From Thermoanaerobaculia bacterium (GTDB lineage Bacteria > Acidobacteriota > Thermoanaerobaculia > Gp7-AA8), in assembly GCA_035544735.1 (NCBI GenBank), contig DATKCD010000035.1:31854-95853 (forward strand): a DNA stretch of 64,000 bases, given 5' to 3'. Positions 8,417 to 18,351 of the stretch are shown here, one piece after another; positions within the stretch are counted from its first letter, which is position 1; each line of letters starts with the position of its first letter. The position numbers and the translations under genes are program-made. The notes beneath the pieces are model-generated. The model saw nothing but the letters and a program-made list of their open reading frames with translations, had not been told where the DNA came from and did not search any database.

Positions 8417-8868
8417 GGTGTGGTGCGGGCGTCCCGCGCGCCCCCGGGCGGGAGGCCGGTTCCGCAACGCCCCGGGAATCACAGAGTGACCGTGAACGCC
8501 GGAACTGATCCCGGCCCGCGCATGTGGCCGGGGAATTCATCCCCGGCGGGAGGGCGGTTCCGCGCCGAGACACTCCGCCTGTCAGGCAGTGGGGAGGAGC
8601 GAATGCAGAATGCAGAATGCAGAAGGAAGAATCCAGAAAGGGCGCGTGGCACGATCACGGTACGGCGAAGTCGCCATCGACCATTTCTGGATTCTTCCTT
8701 CTGCATTCTGCATTCTGCATTCCTTCTATTCCTTCTCAACGACGTCTGATCTTTCGACAGCCAGGAAGATCTTCATCGTTGTCCTGGACACTCCGACCTC
8801 CCGGCGCCCCTGGCCGGCGATTTCACGTGGCCGGGGATTTCCTGTGGCCGGGACGCCCGCACCACACC
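8417..8868. mobile_element. MITE-like 452-bp intergenic element with perfect 20-bp terminal inverted repeats (GGTGTGGTGCGGGCGTCCCG / CGGGACGCCCGCACCACACC) and nested internal inverted repeats
   Basis: The terminal inverted repeats at 8417-8436 and 8849-8868 are exact reverse complements. Internal direct copies of TGTGGCCGGGGA(A/T)TT occur near both ends. The element has lower GC than the flanking genes and lies between the coaBC stop (8399) and the udg start (8891). No transposase is encoded. Confidence 0.4.
8601..8722. repeat. Perfect 39-bp inverted repeat (arms 8601-8639 and 8684-8722) with a 44-nt loop; each arm is (GAATGCA)x3 + GAAGGAAGAATCCAGAAA
   Basis: Right arm TTTCTGGATTCTTCCTTCTGCATTCTGCATTCTGCATTC is the exact reverse complement of the left arm. 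The loop contains a smaller hairpin, GGCGAAGTCGCC. ORFs 8479..8739(-), 8524..8877(+) and 8589..9269(+) that read through this region are rejected. Confidence 0.9.
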
Positions 8869-8890
8869 CCGAGGTAGACTCTCTGCCGCG

Positions 8891-9634
8891 ATGTTGCGCC
8901 CCGACCTTCGGACCGAGCTGGAACTGCTTCGCGATCTCGGCCATACGCATCTCGATCTCAGGCGCGCGCGCGCGGCCCGGGGCGACGAGGCCGACTCCGG
9001 ATCGCTCGACGAGCTCCCGGCGGGTGAGGCCTCGACGCGCCTGCTCGAGGGCGTACCGCGCCCGGAGGACGTCGCTCCGATACCACTCCTCAGCCAGCTC
9101 GAAGCCGCCGCAAAGCGCTGCATCCTCTGCCGTCTGTCCGGAACGCGCACCCAGGTCGTGTTCGGAACCGGCAACCCCGCGGCCGATCTCCTGTTCGTCG
9201 GAGAGGCGCCGGGTCGCGACGAGGACCTCGAGGGAGAGCCGTTCGTCGGCCGCGCCGGAAAGCTGCTGACCGACATCATCGGAGCGATGAAGCTCTCCCG
9301 CGACGAGGTCTACATCGCCAACGTGATCAAGTGCCGGCCGCCCGGCAATCGCAATCCCGAGCCCGACGAGATGGCCGCCTGCCGTCCCTGGCTCGACCGG
9401 CAGATCGAGCTCATCGCCCCGAAAGTCATAGTCACCCTCGGCAAGTTCGCCGCCCAGCGTCTGCTCGGCCGCTCGGTCGCCATCACGGCCGTGCGCGGGG
9501 AGTGGCAGATCTGGCGCGGCATCCGCGTCATGCCGACCTACCACCCCGCCTATCTGCTTCGCACCCCCTCGGCCAAAAAGGACGTCTGGAAGGACATGCA
9601 GCAGGTGATGGTCGAGCTCGGGATCGCGCTCTGA
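8891..9634 (+). CDS. Uracil-DNA glycosylase, family 4 (thermostable/UdgA-like)
   Basis: The Cys motif [19 protein letters not shown] and the motif GRAG.LL are present. The N-terminal 75 aa upstream of the CxxC cluster have a composition typical of the genome. Confidence 0.8.
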   Translation: MLRPDLRTELELLRDLGHTHLDLRRARAARGDEADSGSLDELPAGEASTRLLEGVPRPEDVAPIPLLSQLEAAAKRCILCRLSGTRTQVVFGTGNPAADLLFVGEAPGRDEDLEGEPFVGRAGKLLTDIIGAMKLSRDEVYIANVIKCRPPGNRNPEPDEMAACRPWLDRQIELIAPKVIVTLGKFAAQRLLGRSVAITAVRGEWQIWRGIRVMPTYHPAYLLRTPSAKKDVWKDMQQVMVELGIAL

Positions 9635-9693
9635 GCCCCCACGAGCGCCGCACTTGACGGAGTCGGTTCCTCCGCGGACCATGCCCCCGTCGC

Positions 9694-12129
9694 ATGACTG
9701 CCGGAATCTCCCGCTGGATCGAAGTCGCCGTCCCCCTCGGAGTGCAGGGGACCTTCACCTACGCCGTCCCCGAGGCGCTGCAGGCGGAGGTGAGGCTCGG
9801 CTCGAGGGTCGAAGTGCCGTGGGGAAGAAAAGTGACGACGGGATTCGTGACCGCGATCCTCGACGCGCCGCGCATCGAGCGGGAACGGGTGAAGGAGATC
9901 CGCGGGCTGCTCGACGAGGAGGAGCCGGCGCTGCTTCCGGAGATCCTCGAGCTCTGCCGGCGCGCCGCAGACTATTACCTGGCGCCGGTTGGGGAGATGC
10001 TGCGGGCGGCTCTGCCGCCGAACATGGCGGCTCGGGGCCGCCGGAAGGCGAGGGTGGTCGGGGGGGAAGAGCAGGTGCGCAGGGCGGTGGAGGCATCGAC
10101 GGTGCTCGTCGGCGATCTCGAGCTGCTGGAACGGATCCGAGGGGGCGAGGGGGATCCGGCGAAGCTCGTGGCGGCGTTTCGCGGGGCGCGCGGCGCGCTC
10201 GCGCGGCTCTCCGGAAGCGGCCTCGTCTCGATCGATGAGGCGCTCCGGGACGCCCGAGGGGTCCGCTACGACCGGTGGATCAGCCTCGGCGCACCGATCG
10301 CCGATCCGACGCCGAAACAACGGATCGTCCTGGAGCTGCTGGGCGCGCGGGGAGGGGAGGCGACTCATCAGGCGCTCGCGGCGGCCGGGGCGAGCCTCTC
10401 CGCGATCGATACGCTGGTCCGAAGGGGAGCGCTGGTCGTGGAGCGGCGTCACCGCCGGCACGCGATGGAGGGCTACGCGGCGGGCCTCGACGGAATCGAT
10501 CGAGGCGCGCTGCGCTACTCCGACGAGCAGCGGAGTGCCGTCGAGTCGGTGCGCGCGCGTCTCGGCTCGTTCGCTCCCTTTCTGCTCGAGGGGGTGACGG
10601 GCAGCGGGAAGACCGAGGTCTACGTCGAGCTGATGCGGGAAGTCGTGCGGGGCGGCCGCCAGGCGATCGTGCTCGTGCCCGAGATCGGGCTCACCCCCGT
10701 ATTGGCCGCGCGTCTGATGGAGCGGTTCGGCGACAGGATCGCGATCCTCCACAGCGGGCTCTCGGCCAGCGAGAAGTACGATCAGTGGTGGCGCGCGCGG
10801 CGAGGGGCGGTCGACGTCGCCATCGGCCCCCGGTCGGCGATCTTCACCCCCTTCCAGCGCCTCGGGATCGTCGTGGTCGACGAGGAAGGCGACTCCGCCT
10901 ACAAGCAGGAGGAGTCACCCCGCTACAACGGACGCGATCTCGCCGTCCTCCGCGCCCAGATCGCGGGCATTCCGGTCGTTCTCGGCTCCGCCACCCCCTC
11001 GCTCGAGAGCCGCGAGAACGCCGAGACGGGGCGCTACGGCCTGCTGCGCCTGACGAGCCGCGTCGAGGCCCGGCCGCTGCCGGAGGTCGAGGTCGTCGAC
11101 ATCCGGAAGGAGAAGGGAGAGAAAGAGGACCGCGGGCTGGTGATCTTCAGCGAGCGCCTCCGGGAGGAGCTCGCTCGCGTCTTTTCTGCCGGCGAGCAGG
11201 CGATCATTCTGATCAACCGCCGCGGCTACGCGCCGTTTCTCCTCTGCCGTGAGTGCGAGAACGATTTCCGTTGCCGCGACTGCAGCGTCACGATGACCGT
11301 CCATCGCAGAGTCGGCCAGCTCATCTGCCACTACTGCGGACTCAGGCGTCCCATCCCCCCGAGCTGCCCCCTCTGCCAGGGAGAGGTTCTCCAGCCGATC
11401 GGCTACGGGACCGAGAAGGTCGAGGAGCGTTTCCGCCGCTATTTTCCCGACGTCGCCTGCGAGGTCCTCGACCGCGATTCGATCCGCCGTCGTGGAGAGC
11501 TGGTCCGGATCCTCGACCGCTTCGGCAGCGGAAGGACGCGCGCGCTCATCGGAACTCAGATCATCAGCAAGGGGCATCACTTCCCCGGCGTCACGCTCAC
11601 CGCCGTGATCAGCGCCGACTCGATCCTCGGCTATCCCGATTTCCGCTCCGCCGAGAAGACGTTCTACCTTCTGACGCAGGTCGCCGGGCGCTCCGGCCGA
11701 GGTGACCGACCGGGGAAGGTCGTGATCCAGTCGGCCTTCCCCCACCACTACGCCATCCAGCATGCCATCCGGCAGGACTACGAGGCGTTCTACAGGGCGG
11801 AGATCGAGTTCCGCCGCCGCTTCCACTACCCGCCGACCAGCTCGATGATCGCCCTCCTCTTCCGGGGAGAGGAGCTGGAGGCGGTGGAGAGGGCGGCAGC
11901 GCGGGGAGGAGAGCTCCTCGAGAAGGCGGTGGCTGGCATCCGCGACGTGCGGATCCAGGGGCCGGCTCCGGCGCCGCTCGCTCGCATCAAGGGCGTCTGG
12001 CGCTACCAGATCCTCGTCCGGAGCGCGCACCGCCCGGCCCTCCGCCGAGCCGTCGAGCGCGCCGTCCTCGCGGAGTCGTTCCGCGGCGCCGACCTGGTCG
12101 TCGACGTCGATCCGGTGAACATCCTCTGA
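9694..12129 (+). CDS. priA: Primosomal protein N' (replication restart helicase PriA)
   Basis: The Walker A motif GVTGSGKTEVY is present, together with the DEAH-like motif VVDEE, a Cys4 zinc-binding region CREC..C..C...C.YCG and the C-terminal helicase motifs. Confidence 0.9.
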   Translation: MTAGISRWIEVAVPLGVQGTFTYAVPEALQAEVRLGSRVEVPWGRKVTTGFVTAILDAPRIERERVKEIRGLLDEEEPALLPEILELCRRAADYYLAPVGEMLRAALPPNMAARGRRKARVVGGEEQVRRAVEASTVLVGDLELLERIRGGEGDPAKLVAAFRGARGALARLSGSGLVSIDEALRDARGVRYDRWISLGAPIADPTPKQRIVLELLGARGGEATHQALAAAGASLSAIDTLVRRGALVVERRHRRHAMEGYAAGLDGIDRGALRYSDEQRSAVESVRARLGSFAPFLLEGVTGSGKTEVYVELMREVVRGGRQAIVLVPEIGLTPVLAARLMERFGDRIAILHSGLSASEKYDQWWRARRGAVDVAIGPRSAIFTPFQRLGIVVVDEEGDSAYKQEESPRYNGRDLAVLRAQIAGIPVVLGSATPSLESRENAETGRYGLLRLTSRVEARPLPEVEVVDIRKEKGEKEDRGLVIFSERLREELARVFSAGEQAIILINRRGYAPFLLCRECENDFRCRDCSVTMTVHRRVGQLICHYCGLRRPIPPSCPLCQGEVLQPIGYGTEKVEERFRRYFPDVACEVLDRDSIRRRGELVRILDRFGSGRTRALIGTQIISKGHHFPGVTLTAVISADSILGYPDFRSAEKTFYLLTQVAGRSGRGDRPGKVVIQSAFPHHYAIQHAIRQDYEAFYRAEIEFRRRFHYPPTSSMIALLFRGEELEAVERAAARGGELLEKAVAGIRDVRIQGPAPAPLARIKGVWRYQILVRSAHRPALRRAVERAVLAESFRGADLVVDVDPVNIL

Positions 12130-12158
12130 CCGCCTCTCCCGCCCGGCGGAAGGGGGGA

Positions 12159-12653
12159 TCACTGCATCATCACCGGTTCGGGCGCATTCGGATCGAGCAG
12201 GTTCCACCAGAGATCGCGATCGAACGCAGACAGCGTCTCGAGAAGGAGCGTGATCGTGGTTCCGGTCGCGAGAACCGCCTGCCAGAGCGGCTCGGAGCCC
12301 GACTGCTCGAAACGCCGGGAGGGAGCGCGACGGCCGAACTGCGCCCGGTCCAGCCGCTCGAGCGCCTCGACCGCGCCGTCGAGCGCCCCCTGGACGCGGC
12401 TGATCGGGTCGGCCTCTTCATGGCGATGCGGATGGCCTCCCCGCGGCGTCAGCTCCGCGACCCGCCCGAGCCATCGCGTCACCCGCGCCAGCTCCTCCTC
12501 CCCCCGCTCCCGGATCGGTCCCGGCAGATCGGGATGCGTCAGTGCCGTCAGCGCCCGATCGAGCCGGCTTCGATAGATCGATCCCACACGCCTGCGGACC
12601 TCCTCGAGCGAGGGAATGTGCCGCATCGTCTCCGTCTGGTCCGCTCGCTCCAC
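12159..12653 (-). CDS. Hypothetical protein
   Basis: A 164-aa ORF fills the gap between priA and accA on the opposite strand and has a plausible composition. No family was recognised. Confidence 0.4.
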   Translation of the reverse strand: MERADQTETMRHIPSLEEVRRRVGSIYRSRLDRALTALTHPDLPGPIRERGEEELARVTRWLGRVAELTPRGGHPHRHEEADPISRVQGALDGAVEALERLDRAQFGRRAPSRRFEQSGSEPLWQAVLATGTTITLLLETLSAFDRDLWWNLLDPNAPEPVMMQ

Positions 12654-12731
12654 TCAGTCTCCCTTTCCGCCCCGGGCCGCATGCGGTTTCAGCATTTGAC
12701 CGGTCGGCGAACGCTCTGCTAGGTTCCGCGC

Positions 12732-13682
12732 GTGACCAGCGATCCGGCGCAGTTCGAACAGCCGATTTTGGAACTACGGCGCGAAATCGACGAGATCACC
12801 ACGTCGGGCGACCCTTCCTCCCTCGCCCGCCTCGACGATCTGCAGCGGAAGCTTACCAGAGTCTCCAAAGACATCTATTCGAGCCTCACCCCCTGGCAGA
12901 AGACCCTCGTCGCCCGGAATCACGGACGGCCGTATACGCTCGATTTCGTCCGGTGGCTCTTCGAGGACTTCGTGGAGCTCCACGGCGACCGGAAGTTCTG
13001 GGACGACCACGCGATCGTGGCCGGGATGGCTCGGTTCGTCGACACGGCCTGCGTCGTGATCGGCCACCAGAAGGGACGCGATACGAGGGAAAAGCTCGTG
13101 CGCAATTTCGGCATGCCGCGCCCGGAGGGGTATCGGAAGGCAGTCCGGATCATGCACCTGGCCGAGAAGTTCCGCCTTCCGATCTTCTGCTTCATCGACA
13201 CGCCGGGGGCGTATCCGGGGGTCGGCGCCGAGGAGCGCGGGCAGGCGGAGGCGATCGCGGTGAATCTTCGCGAGATGTCGGCCCTGACGGTCCCGGTGAT
13301 CGTCACGGTGACGGGGGAGGGGGGGAGCGGCGGGGCGCTCGCCATCGGGGTGGGGGACCGGATCTTCATGCTCGAGCACGCCGTCTACTCCGTGATCTCG
13401 CCGGAAGGGTGTGCCGCGATCCTCTGGAAGAATCCGGCGGCCGCTCAGGATGCGGCGGCGGCGATGCGAATCACCGCGCGCGACCTCAAGGAGCTCGGCG
13501 TGATCGACGAAGTCGTTCCGGAGCCGGAGGGAGGGGCGCACACCGATCACGCGGCCACCGCGACGCTGCTCCGGCCCCATCTCGAGAAGGCGCTCCGCGA
13601 GCTCTCGAAGCTCAAGCCGGCGGCGATTCGGGAAGAGCGGTACCGGAAGTTTCGGAAGATGGGTGTCTTCGAGAAGCGTTGA
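12732..13682 (+). CDS. accA: Acetyl-CoA carboxylase carboxyltransferase subunit alpha
   Basis: The motifs [20 protein letters not shown] and [13 protein letters not shown] are present. A GTG start is proposed. Confidence 0.9.
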   Translation: MTSDPAQFEQPILELRREIDEITTSGDPSSLARLDDLQRKLTRVSKDIYSSLTPWQKTLVARNHGRPYTLDFVRWLFEDFVELHGDRKFWDDHAIVAGMARFVDTACVVIGHQKGRDTREKLVRNFGMPRPEGYRKAVRIMHLAEKFRLPIFCFIDTPGAYPGVGAEERGQAEAIAVNLREMSALTVPVIVTVTGEGGSGGALAIGVGDRIFMLEHAVYSVISPEGCAAILWKNPAAAQDAAAAMRITARDLKELGVIDEVVPEPEGGAHTDHAATATLLRPHLEKALRELSKLKPAAIREERYRKFRKMGVFEKR

Positions 13683-13752
13683 ACGCCGCGGTCGCACCGA
13701 CCCGGGGGTCCCCGTGACGCCCGGTCGCGCGGGCGCTACACTCGAAGCGACG

Positions 13753-15492
13753 ATGCCGATCCACCAGAGCTGGGATCTCGCGCCCGACCCGGGAGGGGAG
13801 GCGGACCTTCCCGTATCCGAGGCGCTGATCCCGCTGTTCGCGCGGCGCGGGGTGCGCGACGCGGCGCAACTGGAGGGGTTCAGCCGGCCGACGCTCGCCT
13901 CGCTGCACGACGCAGCGGCGATCGGCGGGATGGATTCCGCCTGCGAGCGGATCTTCCGCGCGATCCGCGACCGCGAAGCGATCGTGATCTACGGAGACTA
14001 CGACGTCGACGGCGTGACCTCGATCGTGATGCTGCGCGCGGTACTGAGGGCCCTCGGGGCGGACGTCGGGTTCGTGGTCCCCCACCGGCAGTTCGACGGC
14101 TACGGGCTCCGGACCGAAGTGCTCGACCGCGTTCTGCGCGAGCGAGCCATTCGGCTGGTGATCACGGTCGACTGCGGCATTACCTCGGTCGAGCCGGTCG
14201 CGCGGGCGATCGAGCAGGGCATCGACGTGATCGTGACCGACCACCACCTTCCTCCCGATCTGCTGCCGGAGGCGGCAGCCGTTCTGAATCCGAGGAAGGA
14301 GGGATGCGACTATCCGTTCAAGGAGCTGGCGGGAGTGGGGGTGGTGTTCAAGCTCTCGTGCGAGCTGCTGCGGCGCGCGGGGCACGGGATGTCGATCGAG
14401 TCGCTGGCGAAGATCGCGGCGATCGGGACGGTGGCGGACGTGGCGCCGCTGGTGGGAGAGAACCGTGCGCTGGTACGCATCGGGCTCGACGGGCTGGCCG
14501 ATCCGCGCAACCCGGGTCTGCGGGCGCTGATGCGCTCGCTCGGACTGCTCGGGCGACCGCTTCGGGCGGCCGACGTCGGGTTTCGCATCGGGCCGCGCAT
14601 CAACGCGGCAGGACGCGTCGCCTCGGCCGACACGGCGATCGATCTGTTCGACGCTCCGAACGAGGGAGCCGCATTGCCTCTGGTCGAGGAGCTCCACAGG
14701 CTGAACCGGGAGCGCCGCGCGCTCGAAGCCGCGCTGCTGCGCGAGGCGGAAGAGCAGATCGCAGCGATGGGAGGGCTTCCTCCGATCCTCGTCCTCGCCG
14801 GCGAGGGGTGGCACAAGGGGGTCGTCGGACTCTGCGCCGGAAGGCTCGCGCAGAAGTACAGCCGGCCCACGCTCGTGATCGCCCGCGGCGAGACGGAGTG
14901 CGTCGGCTCGGGACGGAGCATTCCCTCGATCGATCTGCACGCGGAGCTCGCGCGCGCCGGGGATCTGTTCACGCGGTTCGGCGGGCACAGCCACGCCTGC
15001 GGGTTCTCGCTCGAGGCCTCGCGCCTCGACGCGCTCCGCGAACGGCTGATCGACGGGCTCGCCGGCATCGACGCCTCGGCGTTCATCAAACGCCTCCCGA
15101 TCGAAGCGGAGATCGAGCTCGATTCGATCGACGCCCGGCTCCTCGCCGACCACGCGCTGCTCGAGCCGTTCGGACAGGACAACCCGCAGCCCGCGCTGCT
15201 CGCCCGCGGCGTCCGCGTCGAGCAGACGAGGGAGTTTTCACCCGGCTGCCACCGTTTGCTGGTCCGACAGGCTTCCCGGCGGATGACGGCGGTCTGCTGG
15301 CCCTCGACCGCGGCGCTCGAGCCGCTCGTCGGCGGGGGGCGGACGATCGATCTGGCCTTTCGTCTGGAACCGGACCGCTACGAGGGATTCCGCCTCGAGG
15401 TGGTCGACGCTGCCGCGGCGGGCGAAGCCCCCCTGGACGGCCCGGCAACCGCGACCGACGTCCCCGATCCTCGACCATGGTTCGACGCGTAA
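13753..15492 (+). CDS. recJ: Single-stranded-DNA-specific exonuclease RecJ
   Basis: The DHH motifs IYGDYDVDGVTS, VITVDCG and DHH, and the DHHA1 region, are present. The internal start MPIHQSW lies after the accA stop. The upstream part of ORF 13663.. overlaps accA. Confidence 0.85.
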   Translation: MPIHQSWDLAPDPGGEADLPVSEALIPLFARRGVRDAAQLEGFSRPTLASLHDAAAIGGMDSACERIFRAIRDREAIVIYGDYDVDGVTSIVMLRAVLRALGADVGFVVPHRQFDGYGLRTEVLDRVLRERAIRLVITVDCGITSVEPVARAIEQGIDVIVTDHHLPPDLLPEAAAVLNPRKEGCDYPFKELAGVGVVFKLSCELLRRAGHGMSIESLAKIAAIGTVADVAPLVGENRALVRIGLDGLADPRNPGLRALMRSLGLLGRPLRAADVGFRIGPRINAAGRVASADTAIDLFDAPNEGAALPLVEELHRLNRERRALEAALLREAEEQIAAMGGLPPILVLAGEGWHKGVVGLCAGRLAQKYSRPTLVIARGETECVGSGRSIPSIDLHAELARAGDLFTRFGGHSHACGFSLEASRLDALRERLIDGLAGIDASAFIKRLPIEAEIELDSIDARLLADHALLEPFGQDNPQPALLARGVRVEQTREFSPGCHRLLVRQASRRMTAVCWPSTAALEPLVGGGRTIDLAFRLEPDRYEGFRLEVVDAAAAGEAPLDGPATATDVPDPRPWFDA

Positions 15493-17438
15493 AGATCCTC
15501 AGGATCGCCCTGGCGATCCTCTTCGTCGCGTTTCTCGCGCTTCTCGGGCTGAGCTTCACCCGAAACAGCCAGCGCCAGCGCGCGGTCAGCGATCCGGTCA
15601 CCTCGCCGATGCGGCAGGGCGAGACGCCTCAGCTCGTCGCGTGGGCCTTCGAGGACGTGCAGACGATCGGCGGCCGCGTCGTCTCGCGGATTCGCGCCCG
15701 GCGCACGATGGGGTTCGGCTCCGGCTGGTACACCCTCGAGGACGTCCACCTCACGATCTACCGCAGCGGCGATCAGACCTGGGAGATCGCCGCACCGGAG
15801 GCACAGTTTCAGATCGACACGCGAGCCGCAGAAGCGAAGGGAGGCGTCCGCATCTCCTCGGGAGATCGCGTCCGGATCGAGACCGACTCGATCGACTTCG
15901 ACGGCACCCGTCTGGCCAACCGGATCCCCGTCCGGTTCCTCGTGGACGAGTGGGAGGGGAAGGCCGGCGCGGTCGATCTCAACGTGGCGACCGAGCATCT
16001 GCGGCTCCACGACGGCGTCGAGGCGACTCGGCGCATCGCGAACGAGCCCCCTCTGATGATGCGCGCCCTCGAAGCCGATTTCGACCGCCTCTCGAACGAG
16101 GCGGTGTTTCGCGGCCAGGCACGGATCGAGCGGCAGGGCGACACGCTCGAGACCGAGGCGATCACGGCACGGGTCGATGCGGAGCGCAGAGTGCTCAGTG
16201 CTCTCGAGGGTTGTTGCGGTGTGGCGTTTCATCTGTCCTCGGGCTCCGAGCTCGCCTCGGGCTCGTCGGTCGGGGAGACCACGGTCCGGGGCGAGCGGTT
16301 CTTCACCGACGTCGGTCCGGAGGGGAAGGTCCGGGCGATCTTCATCGAAGGGGCGGAGAGCCCGGCGCGAGCGGTTCTCGCCGGCCCGCCCCCGCGGACG
16401 CTGACGGCGGGGCAGTTCCGAATCGTTCTCGCCGACCAGGGGGTAGCGGAGATCGAGGCCTCGGGGAGGGCGAAGATCGAAGAATCGGGCCAGACCCCGC
16501 GCTCGGTGAGCGGGTCGAAGATGGTGGCGTACTTCGACGCGGCGCGGCAGCGGCCGACGAGCGCGGTCGTCGAGGGGAATCTCGAGTACCGGGACGCGCG
16601 GAACCGGGCGACGGCGCATCGGGGGACATTCGACTTTCTGGCCGACCGGGTGGTGCTCGATTCGGTCCGAGGGTCGCTTCCGTCGATCGAGTCGGACGGC
16701 CACCGTCTCACGGGGCAGAAGATCGAGCTCTCGCAGCGCGCCGGCCTGCTTCGTGCCGAGGGGTTCGTCAAGGCGCGCTTCATCGACCGCAAGGGCGGGT
16801 CCACGCTCGAACGGAGCGGCGTGTTCCCTTCGAGCCGCAGCCCGGTTTACGTCAATTCCGACTCGGTCGTGCTCCAGCAGCAGGCCGAATCCGCCCACTT
16901 CCGCGGGAACGTACGCGCCTGGCAGGACGAGAACATCCTCCTCTCGAAAGAGCTGAAGATCGAGCAGGGAGGAAAGACACTCGTGGCCGAGGGTGAGGTG
17001 CGCGCGGTGCTTTACAATGCGCGCGAGGAGAGCTCGTCCTCACCGGTCAAGGCGAGCGCGGAGACGCTGACGGCGCGACGGGACGAACGAACGGCGAATC
17101 TGCGCGGCGGAGTTCGAATCGAAGACCAGGGACGAGTGCTCACCTCGGAGAGCGCGACGTTCTTCTTCGATGCGGCGCAGCGCCTCGAGCGCGTCGAGGC
17201 GGCGGGAGGGGTCGAAGTCGCCGAACGGGCGGCCTCCCGCTCGGGCAAGGGAGAACGGCTCGTGTATCACGTTTCGAGACGAATGATTCACCTGGAGGGC
17301 TCGCCGGCGACGGTCACCGATCCGCAGGGGAGCGTCGAGGGAAGCGAGATCGTGTTCGATCTGGCGCGCGATCGCGTGGAGGTGCTCCGCGGTGAGGGGC
17401 AGACCGAGGCGACTTATCGCCCCGAGGGAAGTCGATGA
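15477..17438 (+). CDS. LPS-transport periplasmic bridge protein: N-terminal TM anchor (LptC-like) followed by several OstA/LptA-like beta-jellyroll regions (LptC/LptA-family fusion or expansion)
   Basis: A 654-aa segment begins at [25 protein letters not shown] (one TM helix). Its stop overlaps the lptB start (ATGA), and it lies directly upstream of lptB-rpoN, as lptC-lptA does in canonical clusters. The remainder of ORF 14304..17438 upstream of 15477 is Arg/Gly-rich and overlaps recJ in another frame. Confidence 0.55.
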   Translation: MVRRVKILRIALAILFVAFLALLGLSFTRNSQRQRAVSDPVTSPMRQGETPQLVAWAFEDVQTIGGRVVSRIRARRTMGFGSGWYTLEDVHLTIYRSGDQTWEIAAPEAQFQIDTRAAEAKGGVRISSGDRVRIETDSIDFDGTRLANRIPVRFLVDEWEGKAGAVDLNVATEHLRLHDGVEATRRIANEPPLMMRALEADFDRLSNEAVFRGQARIERQGDTLETEAITARVDAERRVLSALEGCCGVAFHLSSGSELASGSSVGETTVRGERFFTDVGPEGKVRAIFIEGAESPARAVLAGPPPRTLTAGQFRIVLADQGVAEIEASGRAKIEESGQTPRSVSGSKMVAYFDAARQRPTSAVVEGNLEYRDARNRATAHRGTFDFLADRVVLDSVRGSLPSIESDGHRLTGQKIELSQRAGLLRAEGFVKARFIDRKGGSTLERSGVFPSSRSPVYVNSDSVVLQQQAESAHFRGNVRAWQDENILLSKELKIEQGGKTLVAEGEVRAVLYNAREESSSSPVKASAETLTARRDERTANLRGGVRIEDQGRVLTSESATFFFDAAQRLERVEAAGGVEVAERAASRSGKGERLVYHVSRRMIHLEGSPATVTDPQGSVEGSEIVFDLARDRVEVLRGEGQTEATYRPEGSR

Positions 17439-18247
17439 GCGAAGTGAAACGGGCGGTTGCCGTGCCGGATCCGTTCGAGACCGATCCCGATCGGGGTCGC
17501 GGGCCGGATGCCGAGCCCGATCCGATCGTCCTCGCAACGCGCAACCTCGTGAAGATCTACCGCGGACGCACGGTCGTGCGCGACGTCTCGCTCGACATCG
17601 GGCAGGGTGAGATCGTCGGACTTCTCGGCCCCAACGGTGCGGGAAAGACCACGACGTTCTACATGGTCGTCGGGCTCGCCCAGCCCGACGCAGGGAGCGT
17701 GCTGCTGGGAGACGAGGAGATCACCACGCTGCCGATGTACCTTCGCGCGCAGAAAGGAATCAGCTATCTCCCACAGGAGCCGTCGATCTTCCGGAGGCTG
17801 ACCGTGGAGCAGAACCTGCTGGCGGTGTTCGAGACCATGGGGCTGGTGGCGGCCGAGCGGGAGCGGCGGGCGCGGCGACTGCTCGAAGAATTCGGGCTGA
17901 CCCACGTGGCGAACAACCGCGGGTACGCCCTCTCGGGGGGCGAACGCCGGCGGGTCGAGATCGCGCGGTGCCTCGCGATCGACCCGGCATTCATTTTGCT
18001 CGATGAGCCCTTTGCAGGAATCGATCCCATCGCCGTTCTCGACATTCAGCGTCTGGTCTCGCAGCTCCGGGAGCGGGGGATCGGCATCCTCATCACTGAT
18101 CATAACGTGCGGGAAACATTGAAGATCACGGACCGAGCCTATATCATCAAGGAGGGCGAGATCTTCCGTCAGGGGCCGCCCGGCATGCTGTCGACCGACC
18201 CCGAAGTCCGCCGGATCTACCTCGGGGAGGCGTTCAATCTCCACTAG
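17435..18247 (+). CDS. lptB: LPS export ABC transporter ATP-binding protein
   Basis: The Walker A motif [11 protein letters not shown], the signature [13 protein letters not shown] and the Walker B motif [12 protein letters not shown] are present. The gene sits directly upstream of rpoN. Confidence 0.9.
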   Translation: MSEVKRAVAVPDPFETDPDRGRGPDAEPDPIVLATRNLVKIYRGRTVVRDVSLDIGQGEIVGLLGPNGAGKTTTFYMVVGLAQPDAGSVLLGDEEITTLPMYLRAQKGISYLPQEPSIFRRLTVEQNLLAVFETMGLVAAERERRARRLLEEFGLTHVANNRGYALSGGERRRVEIARCLAIDPAFILLDEPFAGIDPIAVLDIQRLVSQLRERGIGILITDHNVRETLKITDRAYIIKEGEIFRQGPPGMLSTDPEVRRIYLGEAFNLH

Positions 18248-18351
18248 GACCGACCCCCCCGCCCGGCCGACCGCCCGAGCCGTTCCAGGCCGCGTCGGCG
18301 CCCCGGCGTTATGTTGAGACACTGAGGAGTCCGAGCCGGAACCACCCCCTT

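Noticed and set aside
6213-8573. The 786-aa ORF on the minus strand, antisense to gmk, rpoZ and coaBC.
   Set aside because: It is antisense to three well-supported genes and has an Arg/Gly/Asp-rich composition. It is a typical long spurious ORF of high-GC DNA. The same reasoning applies to 32348..35359(+), 44179..47661(-), 41704..43962(-), 39801..42227(-), 36633..38078(-), 37780..39435(-), 61433..63889(-), 13612..15153(-), 15378..16898(-), 24345..25940(-) and 20429..21529(-).
8640-8660. A sigma-54 -24 element-like TGGCAC in the loop of the 39-bp inverted repeat.
   Set aside because: The -12 TTGC element is absent at the required 5-nt spacing (CGGTA instead). It is probably coincidental.
8479-9269. 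ORFs 8479..8739(-), 8524..8877(+) and 8589..9269(+), which encode the ECRMQKEESR peptide in both directions.
   Set aside because: They translate the 39-bp inverted repeat, giving the same peptide on both strands. They lie inside the MITE-like element and overlap udg.
14304-15476. The 5' two-thirds of the 1044-aa ORF 14304..17438.
   Set aside because: It overlaps recJ in another frame and is Arg/Gly/Ala-rich, a GC-frame artefact. A clean TM-anchored start exists at 15477, after the recJ stop.
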